Shown here in pieces: positions 32,339 to 48,487 of a DNA stretch of 64,000 nt. Both the position numbers and the translations under genes were made by a program. Each line of letters begins with the position of its first letter. The stretch's first letter is position 1. The notes under the pieces are model-generated. The model was not told the origin of the DNA. It saw only the letters and a list, made by a program, of their open reading frames with translations, and did not search any database. The DNA is from Eledone cirrhosa (taxonomy: Eukaryota): positions 1-64,000 of the forward strand of contig CAXHJY010001756.1 of NCBI GenBank assembly GCA_964016885.1, in the 5' to 3' direction.

Positions 32339-34527
32339 CTACTGTCCATATATTTTGAGAAAGGTCCCGGCTCTAAGGTGTCTGCATGTCCCGAAGAAGT
32401 CGGTTCTGAGGTTTATCAGGCCGCTTCCACCTCTTAGTATCTCGAGGGTCTCGTTCAGGCATAGTTTGCATATGCAAGATCCCCCTTTATCGGGTGGTAC
32501 TTTCCTGATTATGTACCAGGACAGAGAGTATGGGGTCCTGTCCAGCTTAAGCTTCCAGATCAGGTCGGAGAGAGCTGTGCTTTTCCTTTTGGCCTCCTTC
32601 TTGAATGAATGGCGATGGTTGTACCAGCGGTCCTTAAAGCTCGTTGATGTGGCTCCTATGTAGAGGTGTTCGGAGTTGGGGGTTTTAACCCTACAACCGT
32701 ACACTATGTTCTTCTTGAGACATTCATTACCAAGGGGGCATGATTCGGGGTTTCTACAGTTGCAGAGGGTGGGCGGCCTCTGCGTGCTTAGATTAGGGTT
32801 CTCATTATGTGTTACATGTTGGTCTTCCCCCATGCTCGGTGGGGGGGTCCTTGGGTCTGTTTGTGTTTCTTGGGTGGGCTCTGGGTCCCCCCTTTCCTCC
32901 TTTCACATGGTTCTGCTGAGTGTTTGTATTGCCATCTTCTGGTTGTGTGTGGTTTTTAAGCCTACTTCTGTTGATGCTAGCTATGTGTTGGGCCAAATTT
33001 CTCGTGGTGGAATACGAAAGTTTCACAGTGTGTCTGTTGAAGATCCTGTGGTATCCGTGGTCCCTCGGGAAGCATTTGTCAAGTGCTCCAAAGAACAATC
33101 GGGCCAAGCTTTTCTTTAGGGCCGCTGAGTAGGGTGGGTTGTACCACGTGATTTGTCGGTGTCTCCTCCTATATGTGTGGGTTGGGGGCTTCGTGATTTG
33201 TTGGAGATTTGTTGGTTTGCTGGTGGTTTCCGCACTGTTGCTTCCCTTTTGGGCTCTATACTTTCTGTTATCTTCACGGTCCGGATTTGTGGGGTGGTTG
33301 TTGTCTGCCCCGGGAGATCCATCGTGGGGTGGTCGCCCGTTTCCTCCCCCCCCCACGTGTCCTGCGGTTGGGGTTGTCCGTCCTGGGGTAGTTAGCATCA
33401 CGCCTGAGACTGCTACTCATATTGTGCTCCATCTCGTGGTCAAGCGCACTAGTCCCCGCCGCCCATGTGGTGGTGTCTGGTACATGGTGCTTATTTGATT
33501 TTGCTCTGCCTGTATTGTTAGGGTTCGCCCCCCCCCCCCTCTGGTAACGCGGTTGTGGGTGTTCTGTTGGGCTATCCACCTCCCGGCTTTTCGGACTATA
33601 TGTTATATTTTGTCCATGTGCCGCCTTCTTTAGAGCTGCGTTGTAATATTCCGCGTGGTTGTTGAATATTTCCTTACTTGCGGACAGGCTGGAGATCCTG
33701 TCCGAGACACTCTTCACCACTGCCTTGGTTATGGATCTAGGGTGGTTTGATTTGGCGTTAACATATACTAGTTTCTCGTTGGGCTTGTGGTAGGGGTAGT
33801 ATTGCTCGGTGTTCAGGTTTAGGGTGGTATCTAGGAAGTTAACTACCTTCCTATTTGGGTCTATTTCTATGCTGAGCCCCTGGTTCTTAAAGAAATGGCG
33901 AATACGCCTCCTCATACCCTCCAACATATTGGTGCTGTGGTCATGTACTGTGAATAGAGCATCGTCACGATATAATCCGCCGCCCAGGCAGGGGATTTCA
34001 TCTTTTATCTGCTTCAGCAGGTAGAGCCCAACCAGGTCCGTTACCTGCGCTGAGTCGCTGGAGCCCATCGTGATGTCAAAGTTATTTGGCCAATCACTCC
34101 TGGTCCACAGGTCTCCATCGAAGTGGATTAAGGTCTTTCTTGCGGCGTGGATGATGCTCACCTCCTCTCGGGTTAGGTCCGTATTGGACATCGCTAAAAA
34201 TAGGGCCTTATTAAGTACTATGGGTGAGATTGAGGAGTAGTAGCTTGCGATGTCCAGTTGTATAAAGCTGGTCCTACTTTTCTCCTGCAGTATTTTGAAC
34301 CATTCTATTACTTCTCTCGTGCATGACCATTGCTGTAATTTGGTTTTTTTCCGAAGCTTGGGCAAAATCCTATCCAGTATTCTTTTACTGACGATCCCTA
34401 GGTCAGATCTGGAGGGGGCTATTAGTCTGACAGGGAGGTCGGACTCAAAGTTTGACTTGTGGTCTTTAAGGGTAATCCGCGGCTCCCTTGGTTGGTATGG
34501 GGCCGTCCTATCTTCTGTTTTCTTCAT
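32339..34527 (-). CDS. PLE polyprotein, RT plus C-terminal GIY-YIG endonuclease, split over three frames
   Basis: RT motifs ITLKDHK, FIQLDIASYYSSI, ITMGS, LYRDD, FLD and SNHP; linker WYNPPYS...IFNRHTVKLSYS; endonuclease CNCR....CPL...CL..NIVY...YIGAT...FKDRWYNH...CKLC...TCRH. Confidence 0.9.
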
Positions 34528-35084
34528 TTATTGCCTTATATTTCTTCATATACATGAAATAACCCCCCCCCCCCCCGCCACCACCACTACGATGGTGGCG
34601 GGTGGGATGAAGAGAAAACACAAACTGAATACTTCTAAACTGTTAGCAGCAGCAAGATATAAGCTGACCACTACAACAACAACAGTACCAAAATAATGGT
34701 CGAGGTCAAATGTACTGAACAATAGCAGGCATAAACACTACAGGGAGCCTCACCCCAGAAAGAATTCTATAGACTTCTGACTGAGGAATGCTCTCAGAAC
34801 TGAACAATGGGAAGTTTGACACATTTTTTGATATTTTGTTCCTTCAACACCTTGTCCCTTCTACCATTTTATCAATTTTTAAGCTAACTCCAACAATGAC
34901 AACACTAATAACTGACCAATGAGAGGAGAAGGGGACATGTGACACTAAAATTCGTTTGTTTGAATTCATATGACTCCAGTTCCCCAGTGAATTAACAACC
35001 CAACAAGGAACTGGGCATATCAGAGTATTGACAATATCATACACCTAAACAACATATGTACTTGTCTATACCATACTAATTCAA

Positions 35085-35139
35085 ACTGCCTGAAGAGGTC
35101 ACAGCCAAAGATGGCTGTCACTGAAATATATATAGCAGT
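35085..35139 (+). ncRNA. Type I hammerhead ribozyme in pLTR (mirror at 31094-31148, -)
   Basis: acugc-CUGAAGA-ggucacagcca/aaga/uggcugucacu-GAAA-uauaua-UA-gcagu. Confidence 0.85.
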
Positions 35140-35289
35140 AATAAACGAAGCTAAATTTTAATCATTTGACTTTTATTTAACTTTATTTTACACTACTCCG
35201 GAGTAACCAAACCAACCTGCGCACTTCGTCGAGTGCTCCAGCCTGCATACTGAGGTGTTGGTATACAACCAACATAAACTCAAAATCTA

Positions 35290-35353
35290 TATATATAGAT
35301 ATATATAGATATATAGATATATATAGATATATATAGATATATATATATATATA

Positions 35354-35405
<52 letters not shown>

Positions 35406-35800
35406 TATATATATAGATATATATATATATAGATATATATATATATATAGATATATATATATATAGATATATATATATATATAGATATATATATATATAT
35501 AGATATATATATATATAGATATATATATATATAGATATATATATATATAGATATATATATATATATAGATATATATATATATATAGATATATATATATAT
35601 AGATATATATATATATAGATATATATATATATAGATATATATATATATAGATATATATATATATAGATATATATATATATAGATATATATATATATAGAT
35701 ATATATATATATAGATATATATATATATAGATATATATATATATAGATATATATATATATAGATATATAGATATATATATATATAGATATATATATATAT

Positions 35801-35883
<83 letters not shown>

Positions 35884-35926
35884 TATATATATATATATAT
35901 ATATATAGATATATATAGATATATAT

Positions 35927-35973
<47 letters not shown>

Positions 35974-36046
35974 TATATATATATATATATAGATATATAG
36001 AGGTATATATATATATATATAGATATATATATATATATATATATAT

Positions 36047-36079
<33 letters not shown>

Positions 36080-36086
36080 TATATTT

Positions 36087-36135
<49 letters not shown>

Positions 36136-36163
36136 TAGATGTATATATATATATATATAGATA

Positions 36164-36203
<40 letters not shown>

Positions 36204-36205
36204 TA

Positions 36206-36245
<40 letters not shown>

Positions 36246-36247
36246 TA

Positions 36248-36287
<40 letters not shown>

Positions 36288-36289
36288 TA

Positions 36290-36323
<34 letters not shown>

Positions 36324-36329
36324 TAGATA

Positions 36330-36369
<40 letters not shown>

Positions 36370-36371
36370 TA

Positions 36372-36411
<40 letters not shown>

Positions 36412-36413
36412 TA

Positions 36414-36453
<40 letters not shown>

Positions 36454-36455
36454 TA

Positions 36456-36491
<36 letters not shown>

Positions 36492-36497
36492 TAGATA

Positions 36498-36537
<40 letters not shown>

Positions 36538-36539
36538 TA

Positions 36540-36579
<40 letters not shown>

Positions 36580-36581
36580 TA

Positions 36582-36670
<89 letters not shown>
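35290..36670. repeat. (TA)n array punctuated by TAGA, then by TAGATAGATG, ending in (GA)n
   Basis: Direct reading. Confidence 0.93.
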
Positions 36671-36677
<7 letters not shown>

Positions 36678-36707
36678 GGAGAGAAGGAGAGGGGGAGAGA
36701 GAGAGAA

Positions 36708-36912
36708 GTAGAACACTGGAAGGTAATATCCATAGTGGTAGAGCACTCAGTCCATGGGACGAGTTAGGTAGAAGTGGTAACACAACAGTTAGTTCACCAT
36801 ACCGACCAATGTTCTCGGTATGGTGAACTAACTGTTGTGTTACCACATCTACCTAACTCGTCCCATGGACTGAGTGCTCTACCACTATGGATATTACCTT
36901 CCAGTGTTCTAC
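36708..36912. mobile_element. Near-perfect 205-bp hairpin element
   Basis: 36708-36805 is inverted vs 36815-36912 with a 9-nt loop; a single-arm homologue lies at about 1647-1725. Confidence 0.8.
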
Positions 36913-36952
36913 CTCTGTCTCTCTTCCCCTATCCCTCCTCTCTCTCTCTCTC

Positions 36953-37014
<62 letters not shown>

Positions 37015-37110
37015 TAATAAATTTGAAGACTAAAATCCAAAGAGGGCTCGATAAGGATAAATATATATCAAATATATAAGAACCGTAGAGCAAATATTTA
37101 AAATCTGTTA

Positions 37111-37161
<51 letters not shown>

Positions 37162-38753
37162 AAAGTTATATTTAAAATTGTTGGGTTACAACTAGTAAAT
37201 ATTTATAACTGATATAAAAGCACTCGACAAATATTTGGAGTATATTTACAATATTAAATAAATGGAAACTATATTTATAAAACCATATTTATTTCATTAT
37301 ATATATTTCGGGGATATCATATTAACAATATGCTATGCCTTCCTCAGACAAAATACAATATAAACAGTGTTATAGATAAATAGATTCGACATACCGTTAT
37401 AACACCGACTTCCATTTGAAGAGGTTTAAACTGGCAGTGAAAACATTTTTACACAGAGAGAAAGAAAGAGAGAAAAAAAAAAAAGAAAGAAAGACAGAAA
37501 ACGAAGAAAAGGAAGAAAAAGAAGAAATGCATGGAACAAAATAGAGAGATGGAAAGATAGATAAAGCGAAGAACTTCATGTAAAGAAACAGAAAGAGATA
37601 TATATATATAGAGAGAGAGGAAATAGAGATAGATACATATATATATAGAAAATTAGGTAGTGGGGGGTCATTTTAAGTAAATGTATCAATGATACATTTA
37701 TTTATTTATTTATTTATTTAGCTCAAGTATTAATGTAAGGGAGATATATAGAGAGAGAAAAAATATAGAGAGAGAAAAAATAGCGAGAGAAAAAAATTTA
37801 AAATAGCCAGATATATTCGAGGCGTAAAAACCCTATGTTTTAATGTATTAGTATTTATAAAACTTACACTATATTGTAAATATCAGTATTCCTGAATGAG
37901 ACAAGTATCCATATTGTGTGAAAATTAATTATCTTATGTTTAGTTTTTTTAAAAATTCATATGTTTATGTGATAGCTACAAACATCCATGTGAATCCATA
38001 TGATTCACTCTGCAAACTCTAAGTTCACGGAAAACATTCTCAATGTGGTATAAAAATTTGAGTATACATATATGTGTATTATTATTCCTGTCTTTGCTCT
38101 ACAAGATTATCTATCAAGCAGAAATAGAGAGCAGATTTCAATATACTAATAAAAATATATATCAGAAACAAAACTAAAAAAATAAAAAGATAACAATAAT
38201 AATAATAATAAGTAATAATAAAATAGAAAACTAAAAAAATATTACGAAAGAATATTACATATTAAAAATATTACATATTAAAAATATTACGTATTAAAAA
38301 ATATTACGTATTAAAAATTTACATATTAAAGATATTAAAAATAAAAATAAAAAATAAAAAATATTATAAAATACTACAATAATAAAAATAAAAATAAACC
38401 ACAAAGATCAACCCTTCAAAGTTAATTGACAATATATTGCCAAGTTCATTTCAAGACAAAGCCAAAAATTATCTATCAAATCACATCTAGCAAAGATCAT
38501 TTCAAAAGTTTATGATGTCCAATTTGGTCTACATATGTTCTTATACTTAATATAGAAGTTTATCTAGTGTAAGGTTTATTCAAAATATTTGGAGCATCAG
38601 CTTTTAGGGTAGTTTAATTTTTCATGAGGAATGTTTAAATAAAAATAAAATAAAAATAAACAATAAAAAAGAATAAAAAGAAGGAATCAAAAATTTAGGA
38701 ATCAAAGATTTATCGGCTAGTTTCCCATATAAATATAAATCAAACTAAATATA

Positions 38754-39711
38754 CTACATTTTAAATTTAAATTTATATTTAAACGTTGAGTTTAATCTAT
38801 GTTTGCAACAACTGAATAAATTTGTCCGTAGATTAAGGGAATTTTTAGATTTTAGTATAAAGAATATCTCCTCTGCGCAGAGGTCACATGTCTCAGAGGA
38901 TGAGTTAAAAGGAATCCCTCTTGAGACTATATTCCAAGCCGTCGAATATCTAACGTTATCTAGCTTAAGTTGCCAGAGTACGCCTGATAGTGCCGTTGAA
39001 GATTTGTTACTTGGATCTGTGAAAGAATTCTTGTGGTTATTATAGCGAAGTTTAAATTCCGTCGATGTGGAACCGACGTAGTTAAAAGAATTAGAGTCAG
39101 TATTAACATTACAATTGTATACTATATTTTTAACTAAGCAGTTGTTATTTAACGGACATTTAGATCTATCTCTACAGTTACATTTGTTAACTTGTATATT
39201 ATTTATGCTATTATCACTAGGTTTTAAGTTCCTATTATTTATTCTATTAATATTTTGTGCTAAATTTTTGGTGGATGAGTAGGTTAATTTAATTGTATGC
39301 CTATTGAAAATTGAGTGATACCTATGTGTTCTAGGGAAGCGATTATCAAGAGCTTTGAAAAATAATTTAGCGATGTGGGTTTTAATGTTTAGTGAGAAGG
39401 GGGGGGGGGGGGGGGGGGCAAACCAAATTATGTTCCTAGTTCTATTTCTTTTTTGGCCTTTGGAATTATTGTAATGCTTTCTATTATAGTTGTTAATGTT
39501 GTTGCCGTAATTAAAAAAGTTGTTACTTTGTTTAGTTTGTCTATCATTATCTATGTACACAATCTTATCAGCATATCCTGCCCTAGCTAATGCTTCATTA
39601 TAGTATTGGGCCTTTTCGTCGAAAATCTTTCTATTGGACGAGATCCTAGAGATACGTTTTTGAACAGAGTTTACTATAGTGTTTTTGACAGATCTGGGGT
39701 GGTTAGATTTA
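38754..39711 (-). CDS. PLE RT thumb plus GIY-YIG endonuclease (5'-truncated)
   Basis: SNHPRSV...RISRISS...YYNEAL..AGY upstream of ORF 38754-39560, which contains IIWFAPP, CNCR...CPL, IVY...YVGST, CDLC and CKH. Confidence 0.88.
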
Positions 39712-40260
39712 AGGAATACTGATATTTACAATATAGTGTAAGTTTTATAAATACTAATACATTAAAACATAGGGTTTTTACGCCTCGAATATATCTGGCT
39801 ATTTTAAATTTTTTCTCTCGCTATTTTTTCTCTCTGTATATTTTTTCTCTCTATATATATCTCCCTTACATTAATACTTGAGCTAAATAAATAAATAAAT
39901 AAATAAATGTATCATTGATACATTTACTTAAAATGACCTCCCACTACCTAATTTTCTATATATATATGTATCTATCTCTATTTCCTCTCTCTATATATAT
40001 ATATATCTCTTTCTGTTTCTTTACATGAAGTTCTTCGCTTTATCTATCTTTCCATCTCTCTATTTTGTTCCATGCATTTCTTCTTTTTCTTCCTTTTCTT
40101 CGTTTTCTGTCTTTCTTTCTTTTTTTTTTTTTTTTTTTTTCTCTCTTTCTTTCTCTCTGTGTAAAAATTTTTTCACTGCCAGTTTAAACCTCTTCAAATG
40201 GAAGTCGGTGTTATAACGGTATGTCGAATCTATTTATCTATAAAACTGTTTATATTGTAT

Positions 40261-40320
40261 TTTGTCTGAGGAAGGCATAGCATATTGTTAATATGATATC
40301 CCCGAAATATATATAATGAA
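40261..40320 (+). ncRNA. Type I hammerhead ribozyme
   Basis: uuugu-CUGAGGA-agg...cauauu/guu/aauaug...ccc-GAAA-uauaua-UA-augaa. Confidence 0.75.
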
Positions 40321-40360
40321 ATAAATATGGTTTTATAAATATAGTTTCCATTTATTTAAT

Positions 40361-40391
<31 letters not shown>

Positions 40392-41340
40392 GGGCGGAAG
40401 TGCTGAACGTGTTAACAAGACGATTGACAGTTCGAGATGGTAACTGCAGCATTAGAATATGCTTTAGAATTTGGTCTCTAAATACTTGGAATTTTCTGTC
40501 TTCACTCTTTCTTTCAATTTGTTAAACACCGATCGAAACATTTCAAATATTTTCATTTGTAATAGAGTTTAAATATAATCATGTCGTGTTGAATTTTTCA
40601 CAAGAAATGTTTAAATGTATCTGAGAATGCTTTTGACATATATAATGGATTGCAACAATTTCTGCTCTAAAATGCGTTGATTTCTTACAGATGCTTTGGA
40701 AATAACCAGAATCTATTGTACTGTGGAATCAAAACTAATATTTTACATATACCTGTTGCTTAAACTTTTGACTGTGCAGACTATGAGAACATGCATTCTA
40801 TTTATAGCTCTAGGTTTTCACACAGGCATTAAAAAAAGCTTGGAACATGTTATTCAAATAATCGTCAATTTTTAAAACGGAAGATAACATTGGTCAGTAT
40901 CTCTAGCAATTCAAGAAGATACATATAGGAACATTCAACGGATTATAAAAAGAATATATTACATATGCTTGTAATGGACTGGACTAGAATATCTAATATG
41001 GTCCCAAGGTAAATAACATGCATACACGATTACCACTGTATGGGCTACTGATATAAATAGATTCATACTTCTTTAGATCTTTCATTTAGCTGCAAGATAA
41101 ATGTGTATTAGGCATTCAAACAGCCTCTATTACACAAATATATGTCTAAAACGAAGTCAATTAACAGTATGCGCAGACGATCGTACAAAATGATTTAATG
41201 GTACTCTAAAAGTCATGACTACTCTGACCTAGATTGGTATTTTCGTTGAAAATTAATTTTAGATGGACGTTATAACAAACAACCATATCTACTCTTAGAA
41301 TGATTTCTCTCATACTACAATGCCTGATTGGTAAATCAAT

Positions 41341-41510
<170 letters not shown>

Positions 41511-41762
41511 CGTGTGTGCGTCTGTGTGTGTGTGTGTAATGCACATACGCATATATAGATATATATTCATATGATATACACATATATATATATATAAAAG
41601 TGAAGTATATATATATATAATTGTTGAGGTTGTGAGTTCGATTCCACGTCCGGGCTATGCCTTATGTCCTTGAACAAGACACTTTATTTCATGGTGCTGC
41701 TTGTACCTGGAGTTGCGGCCGATAGAATATATTAGCAATTGGAAAAACCAATTGTTTCCTGT

Positions 41763-41801
<39 letters not shown>

Positions 41802-42952
41802 TCACATATATAATATATATGTTTATTCATATATATAGTATTTGCAGTGCTGAGACCAATTATCATGAGAGTACTCGATGCATGAGGAGATGCAGAGTGG
41901 GTATAGACATATGTAACATGCCGAACGCGGTTTCAGTTTTCTCATTCTATAACAGCCTTATCCATGTTTTAAAGGCTTTTGTCTGTCGATGTTGCTATCA
42001 TTTCTACTATGTGTAACGCCATATAGTGTACCCCACCCCACCTGCCACATATTCCTTCATATTTTAAGTGAGTTGGAAAGACTTTTTTCACTGTATAGGT
42101 AATTCGTTTTACCGAACTCTAAATGGTGAAGGTAAAATAACCCTCGGTTTTACTTGAAAACATAATGTAGAGAGCCGGAACGAATACTCAAATGCCTTTT
42201 AAACGACATTCTAACGAATCAGCCATTTTGTCGCCATAACATATCATAACTAAACACAGTAAAATATGTGGTTCGCCTGTCCTTCCTTTTCCCTTGCCTG
42301 AATGAAATATGTCTCGGCAAAGGATACACGGGATATATAATCGATATATAGCGTTTCTTCGAGGAGGTCTCATATTGGTCAAGCTTTGGTTACATGTATG
42401 TTTATTAAAACAAAATGGCTTCTTTCTTGATGTAGGCCACAGTGTTAAAGCTTATATCTATATTACAGTTGTTTTTGTTGATATATGTTTTACTGTCATA
42501 TGACACGATTTATTGCTTAATCAATATTATACATGTAAACCTGCATTCACTGGTATTGATTGATCCCTTTAGTTATAATAACGTCAATGTGACGTGAGCC
42601 AATAAGGTAATTACTGAAATGTGGTGCATGATTTATGCTTTTCATACAAACAATTAGAACGAATTTATTGAGTATAATTTTTAAGTAAAACACAGACATG
42701 TACAGACCAAACTGAACCAGGTCAAACGAAACAAAAACAAAGTAAAACAAACCAGACAAAAGTAAGATAACACATTACGTTTGTTTACGCAGTTTTAGTC
42801 TTTTATTAATTTCTTTGGAAGTGACAAGAATCGATCGTTGGATCGGACCATAATATCTGTTTCAACTGGTCACATCCTATCAGAAGGTAGCCTGATTTGA
42901 ACCCAGAACAGAGCCAAATTATATATATATACATACATACATACACATATGT

Positions 42953-43064
<112 letters not shown>

Positions 43065-43882
43065 CAAGGAAAGTGTGGTAGGAACCAGGTAGACCATAAC
43101 GCACGAGAGTACTCGATACTTAGGGTAGTCGAGTGGGTAATAGGAAAAGAGTCAGGACCCTAGAAAATCTTGATTTTCTGGGGTCCTGATACTTTACCTA
43201 TATATATTCCTATGTACGTACATATATATTTATATATGCCTAGCTAAGACACGTTAGATTCACAATCATGAGATTGAGAGTTCGATTCATTGAGCAAGAC
43301 ACATTAATTCACCTTCCTCTTTCTGCCAAGATGTGCGACGGGTAGATAATATCAACAATCGAAAAGCCATAGAAAACAATGTTTATTTCGTTTGATTTGA
43401 CAAGTTCCATCCAAATCGATCAATGGTTGAGATCTGGGGTGTTTTCGATCGTATAAGGAAAACTAATGTATCTGTACAAAGCTATATGATAAAAAATATA
43501 TCAGTATAAATACGGAGAATGTAGCCGAGGTTGTAACAACTTGTATAAATATGTACATATTTTCTAATATGTAGACATCTAAACATACCAGAAAATACAC
43601 CTTTCTCCTTAAATTGAAATAAAAATAATCCCCTTTAAAGGATTTTCGGATCTCGTTGGACCCTAATCGGAAGATTTGTATATCATCCGATCAACAACTA
43701 GGAAACATACATTCGATAGGCATATATAATTATTTGCTCCTATTATTCTAAAATGGCATACTGATTTGCATATAATTAGTGTCGCGCTGGTAATAAATGA
43801 AGATATATATTAAGAAGTACGCTAGCAGCCGAAGTCTACGATAAAGTTATATCTGTATGACTTTATATTTTATATATATATA

Positions 43883-43955
<73 letters not shown>

Positions 43956-44137
43956 TATATATATAATATATATATGTATAAATAAACACAGTAAATTTCG
44001 TGTCTAAAATTACGAGGGTATAAGATACCACTAATGTTTTAAAAATGTAATCTTAACCATACAATATAATATATTAATTTTATACTGACCGTATATATAT
44101 AGTAATAAAAAATGTGAAGACTAACATCCGAAGAGGG

Positions 44138-46700
<2,563 letters not shown>

Positions 46701-46834
46701 TTATAATCAAATGAATATATGTCTAAGTGTACGAAGAACATATTCCTATGCCTAAGCAAGTTAAATGTTAATTTCAAACGTGATTGGCCAATGGTCCTTA
46801 AATAAATGGGACAAACAAAAAAAAACGAACTATG

Positions 46835-46915
<81 letters not shown>

Positions 46916-46957
46916 CGTGTGTGCGTGTGTGCGCGTGCGTGTGTGCGTATGTGTACT

Positions 46958-47269
46958 TCGTTTTTGAATTTATTTTGCAAGATTTCTTATCTGAAAACGT
47001 GTGTTCAAACAGATACTGTCATACTTTGGGAGTGTCATGTTGCCAATAAGAATCACACGCACATACTGGTTTTCACTTCAATTTATTATAAATTTCAGGT
47101 CGGTTGGCTGGTTGGATAACCGGGTGATTGCTTATATATTGTCAAAGCTCATTCGTCACACAGTCTGTGAAGTCCTGAGTGACTAGGTTTTATTTTGTGT
47201 CTCTCCTTTGTTCTATTTTACACAATCTTGATTTTGTGTGTTGTGTGCTTAGTTTGCGCATGCTTTACA

Positions 47270-47352
<83 letters not shown>

Positions 47353-47680
47353 TTTTATTTATTTGTTGATGTGTTTATTTACTTGTCACTAGTTCTTTAT
47401 TTGTTCTAGCTGTGTGTGTCTAATTTGTTTTGTTAGTTTGGTTTTTGTGTGTGTCTGTATATCTTAATTTTGTCCTTAATTACTAGTTGTGATGTTACTA
47501 TTCGACTCATGTTTTCTGTTTAATTTTGGTTGAAGTTCATTTATGTTTGTCGCCTCTCTGATTTGTCTGAGCATTGCATCTGTTCTGTGTGTGGATATAA
47601 TTTTTCATCTCCATGTTGTCTAATGTGGCCCTATGTTCTATGTTGGCATGTTGGTGGAGGATTGAAGAGTTCTTCCCAAC
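46958..47680 (-). mobile_element. Diverged family A PLE copy with GIY-YIG C-terminus
   Basis: Colinear with 29888-30540; translates as SSILHQHANIEH...AMLRQIREATNINELQPKLNRK; HHR degenerate. Confidence 0.8.
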
Positions 47681-47786
47681 CTGGAGTGATCGTCAGTCTT
47701 CATTTATCTTTTAAATTACCTTTGTATTTTATTTACTTTATTCTTAACTCTGAAGCGGAGAATCATTCGGTTTCCTAGTTAGAATT

Positions 47787-48058
47787 TTAGTCTACGACTT
47801 CAGTTATACCATTTACGTGGTTTTGTCTTTGTGTGCAATTGTTCGCCACGCTCCACATATGACGTACTATCTTCGTTTTTTCCGTTCATTGCCAGAGAAC
47901 GTCTCTATGAACCACCTAAGAGAATATTAGTCTACGACTTCTTTTATACCATAAACGTGGTTCTGCATTTGCGTGTAATTGTTTTTCACCGCTCCAAATA
48001 ATGACGTATTATATTCGGTTTTTCCCGTTCTTTGCCAGGGAACGTTTCCACGAACCAA
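47787..48058. repeat. Diverged tandem duplication, about 140-bp unit
   Basis: ttagtctacgacttc..ttataccat begins at 47787 and 47927. Confidence 0.8.
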
Positions 48059-48135
48059 AGTATCGTCTTCCTGTCCTCCTTCGCTTGCAACGTTTTTTGA
48101 AATATTCACTTCTGCATTCACACATTGACTTTGTT

Positions 48136-48186
48136 AGTTTCAGAAGACCCCGTTAAGGGTGAAAGCAGCGATTATTTGCTTAAACT
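48136..48186 (+). ncRNA. Hammerhead-like motif with CAGAAGA core (family C)
   Basis: aguuu-CAGAAGA-cccc/guuaa/gggu-GAAA-gca...ugc-UU-aaacu; related copy at 62963-63013 (-). Confidence 0.6.
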
Positions 48187-48197
48187 TTAATCTGTTA

Positions 48198-48262
<65 letters not shown>

Positions 48263-48263
<1 letters not shown>

Positions 48264-48487
48264 TTTTGCGAGGTTTTTGATATGAAATCGTGTGTCGAAA
48301 CAAATATTGTTATACTTGGGGAGGGTCATATTTGTGTAATAATATTGCCAGAATTAATAACAGAACACACTCACTGTTTGGTTGGTTTTCGCTTCTGTGT
48401 CTTTTATATCGATTAATTTAATTTATTCGGTCCTGAATGTTACCATTGACTGAGCAACGGTAAAAAATACAGATACAATATAGACAA
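48263..48487 (-). mobile_element. Family B pLTR with full tail
   Basis: Matches 4371-4555 and 63219-63440. Confidence 0.8.

Larger units (their letters stand above)
31043..35290 (-). mobile_element. Penelope-like element (Naiad-like) with RT, GIY-YIG and about 680-bp inverted pLTRs
   Basis: Arms 31043-31721 and 34509-35190 are nearly identical and inverted; tail 35191-35290; (TA)n flanks; internal RT and endonuclease ORFs. Confidence 0.92.
37159..40366 (-). mobile_element. 5'-truncated Naiad-like PLE with about 650-bp inverted pLTRs
   Basis: Arms 37247-37893 and 39712-40366; tail 37159-37246; HHRs at 37293-37352 (-) and 40261-40320 (+). Confidence 0.9.

Noticed and set aside
31189-40216. 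Duplicated small ORFs (31189/34844 and 37397/40025; also 3384/3634)
   Set aside because: They are by-products of inverted pLTR arms, with no coding signature.
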